Source: an uncultured Nitrospirales bacterium
GTDB lineage: Bacteria; Nitrospirota; Nitrospiria; Nitrospirales; NS-4
DNA length: 64,000 bases
Assembly: GCA_964610095.1 (NCBI GenBank)
Contig: CAZSUT010000003.1
Location: 19,278 to 83,277 of the forward strand
Reading direction: 5' to 3'
Positions 38,151 to 47,952 of this stretch are shown here, in pieces (the stretch's first letter is position 1; every line of letters starts with the position of its first letter). Position numbers and translations under genes: made by a program. A model generated the notes under the pieces. That model ran no database searches. It was given only the letters and a program-made list of their open reading frames with translations, and was not told the DNA's origin.

Positions 38151-38927
38151 TCACCCGGAGGTGACAACTTCGGGCCTAGGCCCGACATTAATGAACTCCC
38201 GCACGGCGGGATGCCGGGTCCGCTGGAACTCTTCCGCCAGCGCCATCTCGACGATCACCCCGTCCAACAGCATCGCGACGTAATCCGAGATACCGAAGAT
38301 TTCTGGGATCTCGTGGCTCACCATGACGGCCGTGAACCTGAACTTCCGCTGAGTCTCGACGATCAGTTCATGGATGGTTCGTGCCAGGAGGGGATCCAGG
38401 CCGGTGGTGGGCTCGTCAAACAGGATGATCTCCGGCCCCATGACGAGCGCGCGGGCCAACCCGGCCCGCTTGCGCATGCCGCCGCTGAGCTCCGCGGGGA
38501 ATTTGTGGCCCATGCCCGTGAGTCCGACCGCCTCCAGCATCTCAAGGACCTTCCGTTCGATCTCCGCTTCTTTCATTTTCGTCTTCTCGCGCAAAGGAAA
38601 GGCAACGTTTTCAAAAACGTTGAGCGAGTCGAACAGCGCCGCGCTCTGGAACAGCATCGCGAATTTCTTCCGCACTTCGTTGAGCTCGCGCGAGCACAGC
38701 CTGGTGATATCGATCTCGTCCACCAGCACCTGCCCGTGATCCGGCTTCAGCAGCCCGATCATGTGCTTGAGCAACACACTCTTGCCGCCGCCGCTCTTGC
38801 CGATCACCGTGGTGACCTTCCCTCGGGGAATCTCCAAGTTGACTCCTTGCAGGACAGGCTGTCCCCCGAGCGTCTTTTTCACCCCCACGAGGCGAATCAC
38901 CGGCTTAGATTCCTCCTTACTTTTCAT
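38151..38927 (-). CDS. mlaF: ABC transporter ATPase MlaF
   Basis: Walker A GKSGGGKS, FQSAALFDSL, LSGGMRKRAGLARAL, DEPTTGLDP. Confidence 0.92.
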   Translation of the reverse strand: MKSKEESKPVIRLVGVKKTLGGQPVLQGVNLEIPRGKVTTVIGKSGGGKSVLLKHMIGLLKPDHGQVLVDEIDITRLCSRELNEVRKKFAMLFQSAALFDSLNVFENVAFPLREKTKMKEAEIERKVLEMLEAVGLTGMGHKFPAELSGGMRKRAGLARALVMGPEIILFDEPTTGLDPLLARTIHELIVETQRKFRFTAVMVSHEIPEIFGISDYVAMLLDGVIVEMALAEEFQRTRHPAVREFINVGPRPEVVTSG

Positions 38928-38946
38928 CAGAGCGCCTGCGACGTTC

Positions 38947-39720
38947 TCACATTAAGACCGAGGTCACAAAATAGTCCCAGATGAGGATGAGCACGGAGGA
39001 CAGCACCACCGCCTCGGTCGTGGCGGTTCCCAATCCTTCGGCGCTCATCGTTGTATTGTACCCTTTATACGTACAGACCCAGGACACGATCACGCCGAAG
39101 CTGATGGCCTTGAGAAATCCGCCGTAGACGTCCTTCCACTCCACGCTGGATTCCATCGAGCTGGTATAGGCGCCCGAACTCACCCCCAAAAGTTCGACGC
39201 CGACCAGATAGCCGCCGTAAATGCCGATGAGGTCGAAGATCGAGCAGAGCATGGGCATGATGAGAACGCTGGCCAGCACTTTGGGCGCGATCAGGTACTG
39301 CATGGGGTTGACCGCCATCGTGTCCAACGCGTCGATCTGCTCGGTGATGCGCATGATGCCGATCTCCGCCGTCATGGCAGAGCCCGCCCGCCCCGTCACC
39401 ATCAGCGCCGACAGCACCGGCCCTAGTTCGCGAATGATGCTCAGGGCCACAGCCGAGCCCAGCCACCCTTCCGCGCCGAACTTCCGCAGCGAATAGTACC
39501 CCTGCAGCCCCAACACCATCCCGGTAAAGGCGCCCGTCAGCACGATCACGAAGAGGGATTTCACTCCGATGAAGTGGATCTGCTTCAGCACCTGCAGGAA
39601 CCGGAAGGGGGGCCGCACCATCCAGGCCACCGTGCTGATCAGGAAGACCATCATGCGGCCCATCTCGCCGACGAGCCCCAAGGCGTTCCGACCGAATCCG
39701 GCGACAGCAGCAGCGACCAT
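38947..39720 (-). CDS. mlaE: ABC transporter permease MlaE
   Basis: RELGPVL..GRAGSAMTAEIG.MRITEQIDAL. Confidence 0.93.
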   Translation of the reverse strand: MVAAAVAGFGRNALGLVGEMGRMMVFLISTVAWMVRPPFRFLQVLKQIHFIGVKSLFVIVLTGAFTGMVLGLQGYYSLRKFGAEGWLGSAVALSIIRELGPVLSALMVTGRAGSAMTAEIGIMRITEQIDALDTMAVNPMQYLIAPKVLASVLIMPMLCSIFDLIGIYGGYLVGVELLGVSSGAYTSSMESSVEWKDVYGGFLKAISFGVIVSWVCTYKGYNTTMSAEGLGTATTEAVVLSSVLILIWDYFVTSVLM

Positions 39721-40520
39721 CAGTGCGCTCCCATCGTCAAGGTCGCTTCCGCATCAGGAGGCGGAAGCTGCGACTCGAGAACGAGGACCAACGCGCAGAA
39801 GAACCTTCTCAGACTTTCCGAGGCCTGATCCGCATGGCGTTTCATCTCATAGAGTCCATAAAGAATGGACGGGTGCTGCACTACCTTGAGAAGACAGCGA
39901 AATGACCCGAACGGTGAGAACCACAGGTTGAAATCCATCGGCAGATCGTCTCCGACACGATCTGATATGGCGCGAACCACGAGAAACGGGATGCCGGCCG
40001 TGATGGCCACTTTGGCGATAACGGCACTCTCCATATCGACCGCAACGGCTCCGCTGACTCCTCCGAGCGCCCGCTTCTCACTAGCTCGCCAAAGCACGTT
40101 TTTCACGGTAACAACGGGTCCCTGAGTCCATCCTATCCCAGCATTACGGGCAGCCACCCTTGCGCTCCCGAGCAAATCAGGGTTCGCCTGAATCGCCGCA
40201 TGCGATTCTTCCGCAGTCCAATCAATGGCATTGGTGCCGAGGATAACTTCTCCCACAGCCGCAACCCCAAGAGCGCCCGCATACCCTGTCAAGATCAGCG
40301 CATCCGGCGCGAGTGCGAGCAAAGCCATCTCACTGGCCTTCCGCGCGCGTTCGGGACCAACACCAGCCTCAATCAGATGGAGTTCTAAACCACCAACCTG
40401 CCCGACTTGATGGGGGAACGATCCAAGGCGGTCACGTTGTCTCTGAGCGAACAGGCCGAACACATTCTCAACTGGCGCCAACTCGCGCGCGGAAGCGGCC
40501 AGGACGGCGAGGCGTCGCAT
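39720..40520 (-). CDS. hpnG: Hopanoid-associated nucleoside phosphorylase
   Basis: GVG..A, TGYAGAL, AVDMESA, VVRAISD; directly after shc. Confidence 0.75.
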   Translation of the reverse strand: MRRLAVLAASARELAPVENVFGLFAQRQRDRLGSFPHQVGQVGGLELHLIEAGVGPERARKASEMALLALAPDALILTGYAGALGVAAVGEVILGTNAIDWTAEESHAAIQANPDLLGSARVAARNAGIGWTQGPVVTVKNVLWRASEKRALGGVSGAVAVDMESAVIAKVAITAGIPFLVVRAISDRVGDDLPMDFNLWFSPFGSFRCLLKVVQHPSILYGLYEMKRHADQASESLRRFFCALVLVLESQLPPPDAEATLTMGAH

Positions 40521-40523
40521 CGG

Positions 40524-42692
40524 CTACGCCTCGAAGCGGAAACGGCCGTGCTGACGATTCTGCTCCAGGATCTCGTCCGCGCGGCTGTGCCCGCGCGCCT
40601 TGAGCGACCGGTACATGGACAAGGCCCAGAGGGGGAAGTACTGGCAGTAGCCGTGATAGCGCAGATAGAAGACGCGAGGAAACCCCGTGCCGGTGTGCTT
40701 GCGTTCAGGCCAGTATCCTTGCGCGTCCTGCTGCCGGAGCAGGTAGTTCACGCCGCGCAACACGCTGAGCGAGTCCACTTCGCCGGCGCAGAGGAGCGCG
40801 AGCAGCGCCCACGCGGACTGGGACGGCGTGCTTTCGCCCACCCCATGCGCGTCGGCCTCGGCGTATGAGAGACAGGACTCGCCCCACCCGCCGTCCGGAT
40901 TCTGTTTTGAGACGAGCCACGCCACCGCCCGGCGGACGTACTCGGCCTCCATGTCCTCGCCGATCGCGTTCAATCCGGCGAGCACGGACCAGGTCCCATA
41001 GACGTAATTGACGCCCCACCGCCCGTACCAGGACCCGTCGGCCTCCTGGTTCTTCCGCAGAAAGCGCAACGCCCGCACGGCCGCTGGGTGCTTCATGTCG
41101 AACCCCAGCGACCCTAGCATTTCCAGTTCGCGCCCCGCGAGGTCGGCCGTGCTGGGATCGAGCAGCGCCCGGTGGTCGGCGAAGGGAATCTGGTTCAAGA
41201 ACATTTTGTTGTTGTCCTTGTCATACGCACCCCAGCCGCCGTCGCTGCCCTGCATGGCTAGCGTCCAGCGCATCCCACGCCGCATGCCGTCACGCTGGGC
41301 GTCCCATTCCGGCATCTTGATCTTCGAGAGCGCCATCACCACCACGGCCGTATCGTCGTTGTCCGGATAGAACTCGTTCTCGAACTGGAACGACCATCCG
41401 CCCGGCTCGGCCTTCGGCGACGATACGATCCAGTCGCCGACCTTCCGGCACTGCCGGGAGAGGGTCCAGCGGGCGGCCTTCACCAGCGCCGGGTGATCTT
41501 GCGGAAGCCCGCTCTCGATCAGGGCGTTGATGGTCAAGGGGGTGTCCCAGACGGGAGAAAAGCAGGGTTGCAGGTGCATGGCGTCCCCTTCGTAAACCTC
41601 CAGCGCCTCGATCTCGTGCAAGGCCTTGCGCACCAGAAGATGATCCACCGCGTACCCCAGGCATCGCAACGCCACGACCGAGTTCGCCATCGCCGGATAG
41701 ATGGCTCCCAACCCGCCGTCACCCTCCATCCGCTCGATCATCCACTGCGCGGCGCGGGCGACGGCTTTCTTGCGGAGTCCCTGCGGGACGACCCGATCGT
41801 AGATTCTTAGGATGCCATCCAGCGTGATGAAAAAGTTGCGCCACGTGAACCGGCGGGGATCCTTGCGGAAGGGGGGCTCGCTTCGGAAGTCAACCCACTC
41901 GCGGGCTGGGTAGTACAGCTCGTCGATGCCCTGCTCTTTCGGAATCCGACAGACAGGCTTGTAGTGGAAGATGATCAGCAACGGGGTCAGCACCGTCCGG
42001 GACCAATAGGAGAGAGCGTACAGACTGAAGATGAACCGGGGCGGCAGCAGGACGATCTCCGCCGGCATCGACGGGATCCCGCGCCAGTCGTACTGATCGA
42101 AAAGCGCCAGCGCGATCTTGGTGAACACGTTCGCTCCAACGACGCCGCCTTTGCTCAGGATCATCGTGCGGGCCTTCTCCATGAAGGGCTCGGTGGCCGA
42201 CACGCCGCAGAGCTTCAACGCGAAGTAGGCTTTCACCGACGCGCTGATCTCGGGCGGCCCGCCATAGTAGATCGGCCACCCGCCTTCAGGCACCTGGGCG
42301 TCAATCAGGTAGCGAACGGCCTTTCGCTCTTTCTCCGGATCCGCGAAGTCCAGGAACCGGCACAGCATGAGGTACTCGGCAGTCAGCGTCGTGTCGGCTT
42401 CCAGTTCGTGGAGCCAGTACCCTGCCTCCGTCTGGCCCCGCAACAGCCACTGCTGGCTTCGCTTAATGGCCTCGTCAACGGCATCGCCTTTGTGAGCCAC
42501 GCCCTGGCCGGAAACCTGTCCCGGGTCGTGAGGCCGCTGGACGGCCTGAGCAGACAGAAAGAATTTGGGATTGCCGCCGACAAGCCGGAGGAGCCGCTTA
42601 GCCTTCTGCCGGGCCTGTTGCTGAACTCGCTCCGGCGCCACAGACAAAATTTTCTCGGACCAGTTGGTCAAGAAACCGAGCAACCGCTTCAT
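40524..42692 (-). CDS. shc: Squalene-hopene cyclase
   Basis: DNDDTA (DxDD), QW repeats (QNPDGGWG, QEADGSWYGRWG), TGFPRVFYLRY. Confidence 0.96.
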   Translation of the reverse strand: MKRLLGFLTNWSEKILSVAPERVQQQARQKAKRLLRLVGGNPKFFLSAQAVQRPHDPGQVSGQGVAHKGDAVDEAIKRSQQWLLRGQTEAGYWLHELEADTTLTAEYLMLCRFLDFADPEKERKAVRYLIDAQVPEGGWPIYYGGPPEISASVKAYFALKLCGVSATEPFMEKARTMILSKGGVVGANVFTKIALALFDQYDWRGIPSMPAEIVLLPPRFIFSLYALSYWSRTVLTPLLIIFHYKPVCRIPKEQGIDELYYPAREWVDFRSEPPFRKDPRRFTWRNFFITLDGILRIYDRVVPQGLRKKAVARAAQWMIERMEGDGGLGAIYPAMANSVVALRCLGYAVDHLLVRKALHEIEALEVYEGDAMHLQPCFSPVWDTPLTINALIESGLPQDHPALVKAARWTLSRQCRKVGDWIVSSPKAEPGGWSFQFENEFYPDNDDTAVVVMALSKIKMPEWDAQRDGMRRGMRWTLAMQGSDGGWGAYDKDNNKMFLNQIPFADHRALLDPSTADLAGRELEMLGSLGFDMKHPAAVRALRFLRKNQEADGSWYGRWGVNYVYGTWSVLAGLNAIGEDMEAEYVRRAVAWLVSKQNPDGGWGESCLSYAEADAHGVGESTPSQSAWALLALLCAGEVDSLSVLRGVNYLLRQQDAQGYWPERKHTGTGFPRVFYLRYHGYCQYFPLWALSMYRSLKARGHSRADEILEQNRQHGRFRFEA

Positions 42693-42924
42693 GATGTCCT
42701 TGGGTTGAGCGTGATTAGAATCGTCCGCCTAAAGGCTTCTGAGGAAGGCCAATGGCGGCGCATTGAGGGGCCAGTATATAGCAAACGGGCCACGGAGTGT
42801 CAAGCGCAAGTCCGACGGAACCGTCTTAAATTTCAGAGGCTTTCTGCCTTGGTGCACTGTCGCTTGCTCTTCCCTTGACAAGCTCGCTCCGGCGGGTGTT
42901 TTATCGTATCCGGTGGGAGACACA

Positions 42925-43572
42925 ATGGCCAAAGACTTCTATTCAACTCTCGGGGTCACACGCTCGGAAAGCCTGCGCGGCATTCGAGAGGCGTTTCGGA
43001 AATTAGCCAAGCGCTACCACCCGGATCATGCGGGCCAACAAGGCACGCCGAAGTTCCGGGAAATCCTGAATGCGTATGCGGTCCTGTCCGATCCAGAGAA
43101 GCGGAAGCGCTATAACGAAAGCCTCGCTCGGCGTTCCTCAGATTCAGAACCGATCATCGTCACCAGAAGATCATCGTCGAGAACCCGCCCTCCGCACTTC
43201 GGCCCGATTCCTCAGGAGCCCCTCTTCCGACACTTCTCGCCTGAATCGTTCTTCGGCCCCGGCTGGCAAGGACCGGCGTTCGACAGCCTCGACTTTGAAG
43301 TGTCGCTCTCCCCAGCCGATGCGGCAGAAGGCGCGACCGTCTGGCTGCGCCTGCCGATCCGCTATCTGTGTCCGGCGTGCAGCGGGACGGGGGAGCAGTG
43401 GCCCTTCCCCTGCGGCTTCTGCCAGCAGAACGGGGTGATACATCACGAACGCGAGTTTCGCGTCCAACTTCCACCCGGCCTTCCGTACCGCATGGTCGTC
43501 GAGATACCAGCCGGCAGGCTGGGCACCCACTACTGCGTGCGACTCTTCGTGTCGGTCAACGCTCCCGATTGA
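42925..43572 (+). CDS. Short J-domain (DnaJ-like) protein with partial zinc finger
   Basis: DFYSTLGV, RYHPD, CPACSGTG and CGFCQQNG; GGGAGA RBS. Confidence 0.82.
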   Translation: MAKDFYSTLGVTRSESLRGIREAFRKLAKRYHPDHAGQQGTPKFREILNAYAVLSDPEKRKRYNESLARRSSDSEPIIVTRRSSSRTRPPHFGPIPQEPLFRHFSPESFFGPGWQGPAFDSLDFEVSLSPADAAEGATVWLRLPIRYLCPACSGTGEQWPFPCGFCQQNGVIHHEREFRVQLPPGLPYRMVVEIPAGRLGTHYCVRLFVSVNAPD

Positions 43573-43592
43573 AAGGAAGAAGAGAGACGAAG

Positions 43593-44084
43593 TTAGATGT
43601 GACGCCCCGTGTAGAGGTTCACGATGGCTCGCTCAAGCCGTTCCATTTCCCTCTCTTGGATGCGGACAAACTCCACCCCAACCGACTTGTCCACAATGCG
43701 TCGAACCGCTGCAGCTTCAATCTCAAACAGCGGTTGACCGTCAGACTTATGGATCCTGAGACGCAGCAGCTCGCCGTGCGGGATCGGGGTGAGAGCCTCT
43801 ATCGTGCACCCCAGTCGAGACAGGTTGACCACGGTTCCTTCACCTGACACCTGATTGCCGGAGAAAGTCAGTTGGAACCGAACCGGAATCCGTACATACT
43901 CGCGACGGCCGTAGTAGCTGATGAAGCGGTCCCACCACCATTGAAAGGCGTGAAATCGGTGAGTACAGAGTTGGCAGCGAAAGGGATAGATGCAGAAGAT
44001 GCTCGAAAGAGCCTCGATCCAGCCCTGTCGTGGAGACTGTTGAACCAGGTTCTTTCTACACCTAGGACAATGCCGCAGCCCCAT
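43593..44084 (-). CDS. PilZ-domain (c-di-GMP receptor) protein with N-terminal zinc ribbon
   Basis: CPRC..CQLC; RREYVR (RxxxR) and NLSRLGC (D/NxSxxG). Confidence 0.82.
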   Translation of the reverse strand: MGLRHCPRCRKNLVQQSPRQGWIEALSSIFCIYPFRCQLCTHRFHAFQWWWDRFISYYGRREYVRIPVRFQLTFSGNQVSGEGTVVNLSRLGCTIEALTPIPHGELLRLRIHKSDGQPLFEIEAAAVRRIVDKSVGVEFVRIQEREMERLERAIVNLYTGRHI

Positions 44085-44202
44085 CGGTGATCCTCCATGA
44101 CCGTCGTGTGTTGGCCGTTCTCGAAGTCAGATCCAGAATAGCGCAGGCCGACAAGTTTGGAAAGATAGGATCGTTGTCCCGCATACGGCTGGAGCGCGAC
44201 GG

Positions 44203-47200
44203 CTAGTACGTCGGCGCAAGGAGCTTGTTGAGGCGGACGGAGATCATGGAAGAGACGCCGGGCTCTTCCATCGTGACCCCGTAGAGCGCGTCCGCCATTT
44301 CCATCGTCTGCTTGCAGTGCGTGATGACGATGAACTGGGTCCGCGCGGCCAGTTCGCGCAGCACCCGAGTGAATCGCAGGGTGTTCTCCTCGTCCAGTGG
44401 CGCGTCAATCTCATCGAGGACGCAGAACGGCGTGGGGCGGATCAGAAAGCTCGCGAAGATGAGCGCCATCGCGGTCAGCGCCCGCTCCCCACCCGACAGC
44501 ATCGCGATGTTCTTCAGCCGCTTGCCGGGAGGCTGAGCCACGATGTCCACGCCCGGCTCGTTCGTTTCCTCATCCTCCATCAGAATCAGCTCGGCCCGTC
44601 CACCTCCGAAGAACGTCTGGAACATCTCGTTGAACTTCCCCCGGAGGTTCTGGAATGTCTCCATGAATAAGTGTCTTGTGGTGCGGTTAATGCGGGCGAT
44701 GATGGATTTCAGCGAGGCGATGGACTGCGTCAGGTCTTGCTCCTGCGCCGTCAGGAAACGGAGGCGCTCCTCCATCTCGCGATGCTCATCGATGGCCATC
44801 ACGTTGACGGGCCCCAATTCGGATAGCCGTCGGCGCCGCTGTGTCAGAACGTCCTTGATCGTTTCAATCTTCTCCGCGTCGGGCTTGCCGACTTCGGCCA
44901 CAGCCCCCTCGAAACTGAGGGCATAGGTGCCCGTCAGCATCGCCTCGAAGCCTTCCAGCCGGGTCTGGGCCTCCACGCGGCGCAGGCGGATCGTCTCTTG
45001 CTGTTTGTGCAGTTCGCCCAGGGCATGCCGAAGCCGCGTCCACTCGGCTTCGAGCGCGCGGACCTGGGCGACGCGGCCCGTCTGCGATTCCTGAGCCCCC
45101 ACCAGCCGCTGTCGGACGTCCCGGATGGCCGCGTCGAGAGCGGGCACGCTCGCCTCGACCTGGCGACGCTCGTCCAGAGCGGCAGTCCCGGCGCCTTTTA
45201 GCTTGAGTCTCTCCGTCTCCAACTCAGAAAGCCGGCTGTCACGGAGCGCCGTGGCTGCATCGAGGCGCGCCTTCTCGTTCCGCGCCTGGTCGAGACGATC
45301 CTGCAGCCCGGCGACCTCCACGCGAAGATCGGCCGCAGCCGCCTGTCGCCTCTCGACCTCCGCCTGAGCGGCAGTGACCGCGTCCTGTTGCACCAGCAAG
45401 GACTGTTCGGTCTTGGCTCGTTCGCGATCCAGGCAGTGGAGGTCATCCGCGGCCGCCTGCTCGGCACCGGCCAAGGTAGCCAGTTCGGCCTCAGCCTCCT
45501 CCCGCTCGGATTGGAACAGTGCGATCGTCTGATTCCATCGGGCGACGTCCTGCTCGCCCCGCTGCTCATCCTTCCGTTCGCCGACCAACGCCATCTCCAC
45601 CGTGTGGATCTCCGCTTCCAGCGACTCCACCCGTTTCGCCTTCGTGATCATGACGGCCTGGAATGCGTCCCGTTTCGTCTGCGTGGCGTGCAGCTCCTGC
45701 TCCAGTTCTTTCATCCGCGCAGTCAGATCCCGGAGTTCGCGCTCGCGGCTCATGGCCCCTGCCACCACACCCGCCGGGCCTCCACTGACGATACCGTCAG
45801 GTGTGAGGACTTCGCCGCCCAGCGTCACCAGCAACGCCTGCCGGTCCTCCGTCATGGACTGCCACAGGCCAAGCGCCTGCTCCAGTGCCTCCACCACCAC
45901 CACGCCAGCCAGCAGATGGGCGACGAGATCCTCATGCCCCACGCGCGGGGTCACCAGATCCTGCGCCGGCCCCACAACACCGGCACCCTTCCAGCGCGCG
46001 GATGCACGTGCCCCCCAAACGCGCGGCCGCTTGGGCACGAACGTCCCGCCGGGCGCTCCCTGCGCCTTCAGCACCTGGAGCACTTTGACGGCCTCCGACG
46101 GTCCCTCGACGAGCCGGCCCAACAGGCGATGGCCCAGGACCGCCTCGATGGCACGCTCATAGACTTGAGGAACGGAGAGAACCTGGGCCACGGTGCCTTT
46201 CAGGTTGGCTGCAGCGCCGGACCCCCCTCCCACCGCATCGTGCGTCACCGCTTGCAGGACCTTCTGACGGGCGACCGCCCCTGCGTTTTCTTCCTGCAGA
46301 CGAGCCAGCCGTTGCTCAGCCTCGTCAAGCTGGCCCCGGACGCGCACGACTTCCTCCGCGAAACCCGCTCGGGCGCTTTGGGCCTTCGCCAGTTGCGCTT
46401 CAAGCTTTCGGCGCCGCTCGATACAGGCCGCGAGCACAGTCGCGGCCAATTCTAGCTTCGAAGCGGCCTGGAACCGCTCCTGTTCCACACGCTCGATCCG
46501 ACGACGGAGTTCCGCCGCGCGAGCCCGATCGCTGGCCAGCCGATTGTTCGAGTCGGTGGCGGCTATCGCCTGATCCATGACGGCCTTCCGCGCGGCATCG
46601 AGCGTGGCCTGGTTGCCGTGATGGCGCCGCACAGCTTCGGCCAGCACCGCCTCGGACTCCGTGGCCACACCGGTCCGGAGAGCGAGTTCCTTGGTCAACT
46701 GCGCGATGCGGGCGCTGAGTCGGGCGAGGTGATCGGTCGATTCCTGCTGTTCTTGCGTGAGTCGCTCGATATCGGCCTGCACACGGGCCCGCTGCTCGTC
46801 GAGCAGGGACGCGCGCTGGGCCAGCAACTCGAGCGTGGCGACGGCCTGCGCCAACTTCGCTTCCTCCTGAGCGACCTGCTCGCGCAGCCTGGTCAGCATC
46901 GCCTCCCCCTCCGTCATACCGAGTTGGTGAGTCTCCACCTCGTTCGCAAGGCGCGCGACCGCAGCGGCGTCGGCGCTTTCACGCAGGGCGAACTCGCTTA
47001 GGAGGCGGTCGGCTTCCTCGCGCTCGTGGAGCACCGCCCGGTAATCGTGGACAAGGACGGTGAGCTCGAGACGCCGGACATCCTGCCGGAGCGCCTGAAA
47101 CTGTTCGGCCGCCCTCGCCTGCCGTTCCAGGGCTGCCAGTTGGCGCCTGACCTCATTAATAATGTCGCGGACTCTCAACAGATTTTGGTTGGTGGCCTCC

Positions 47201-47787
47201 AGCTTCCGCAATGCCTCGGCCTTTTGTTTCTTGTAGCGGATGATCCCGGCTGTCTCTTCGATCAACTCGCGCCGCTCGACCGGCGACGCCTTCAGCACAC
47301 GATCAATCCGGCCCTGCTCGATGGCCGTATGCCCTTTGCTGCCAGCGCGCGTGTCGAGCAACAGGCTGCGGATGTCTTTCAAGCGGCAGGGCGCCTTATT
47401 GATGAAGTACTCGCTCGCGCCGTCGCGGAACAGCCGGCGCGTCACCATCACTTCTTGACATTCCCCGAGCGCAAATGGCAGTGGCGCGGCCTCGCCATCG
47501 CCGTTACCGTTGCCGTGTGATGTTCCATCAACATTGCCAAGGATGAGGGAGACTTCAGTCATGCCGAGAGGCTGGCGGGTCTCGGTCCCGTTGAAGATGA
47601 CGTCCTCCATCCGTTCGCTGCGCAGGGCCTTGGTACTCTGCTCGCCTAGGACCCAGAGAACCGCATCGAGGATGTTGCTCTTGCCAACCCCGTTGGGCCC
47701 GACGACGGCCGTGATCCCGGGCTGGAAGATCACCTGAGCCTCCACGAAGGACTTAAACCCTTGCATCTCCAACCGCATCAAATACAT
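44203..47787 (-). CDS. smc: Chromosome segregation protein SMC
   Basis: QGFKSF, GPNGVGKSN, coiled coils with hinge, LSGGE, LDEIDAPLD. Confidence 0.96.
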   Translation of the reverse strand: MYLMRLEMQGFKSFVEAQVIFQPGITAVVGPNGVGKSNILDAVLWVLGEQSTKALRSERMEDVIFNGTETRQPLGMTEVSLILGNVDGTSHGNGNGDGEAAPLPFALGECQEVMVTRRLFRDGASEYFINKAPCRLKDIRSLLLDTRAGSKGHTAIEQGRIDRVLKASPVERRELIEETAGIIRYKKQKAEALRKLEATNQNLLRVRDIINEVRRQLAALERQARAAEQFQALRQDVRRLELTVLVHDYRAVLHEREEADRLLSEFALRESADAAAVARLANEVETHQLGMTEGEAMLTRLREQVAQEEAKLAQAVATLELLAQRASLLDEQRARVQADIERLTQEQQESTDHLARLSARIAQLTKELALRTGVATESEAVLAEAVRRHHGNQATLDAARKAVMDQAIAATDSNNRLASDRARAAELRRRIERVEQERFQAASKLELAATVLAACIERRRKLEAQLAKAQSARAGFAEEVVRVRGQLDEAEQRLARLQEENAGAVARQKVLQAVTHDAVGGGSGAAANLKGTVAQVLSVPQVYERAIEAVLGHRLLGRLVEGPSEAVKVLQVLKAQGAPGGTFVPKRPRVWGARASARWKGAGVVGPAQDLVTPRVGHEDLVAHLLAGVVVVEALEQALGLWQSMTEDRQALLVTLGGEVLTPDGIVSGGPAGVVAGAMSRERELRDLTARMKELEQELHATQTKRDAFQAVMITKAKRVESLEAEIHTVEMALVGERKDEQRGEQDVARWNQTIALFQSEREEAEAELATLAGAEQAAADDLHCLDRERAKTEQSLLVQQDAVTAAQAEVERRQAAAADLRVEVAGLQDRLDQARNEKARLDAATALRDSRLSELETERLKLKGAGTAALDERRQVEASVPALDAAIRDVRQRLVGAQESQTGRVAQVRALEAEWTRLRHALGELHKQQETIRLRRVEAQTRLEGFEAMLTGTYALSFEGAVAEVGKPDAEKIETIKDVLTQRRRRLSELGPVNVMAIDEHREMEERLRFLTAQEQDLTQSIASLKSIIARINRTTRHLFMETFQNLRGKFNEMFQTFFGGGRAELILMEDEETNEPGVDIVAQPPGKRLKNIAMLSGGERALTAMALIFASFLIRPTPFCVLDEIDAPLDEENTLRFTRVLRELAARTQFIVITHCKQTMEMADALYGVTMEEPGVSSMISVRLNKLLAPTY

Positions 47788-47845
47788 GGGCTTCCTTCTT
47801 TACCTAGGGGCGCTATCCATAGCAGTCGCCCTTGGAGGAAAGCCT

Positions 47846-47861
47846 CTACCATATCTTGTAG
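47846..47861. promoter_or_regulatory. NrdR-box-like pseudo-palindrome upstream of smc
   Basis: CTACCATATCTTGTAG resembles the NrdR consensus acaCwAtATaTwGtgt and overlaps a possible TTGCAT-N17-TAGAGG promoter. Confidence 0.4.
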
Positions 47862-47952
47862 GGAAATGCAAATGAAAACACAGCCTAATGGGGCAGCGCA
47901 GTCACGATACCGGACTTGTTGCCGGGTAGCCAGTGTGTTAGGTACAACCGTG

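Noticed and set aside
42763-43572. dnaJ as part of a dnaK heat-shock operon
   Set aside because: The protein is truncated, there is no dnaK, grpE or hrcA nearby, and no CIRCE repeat was seen upstream
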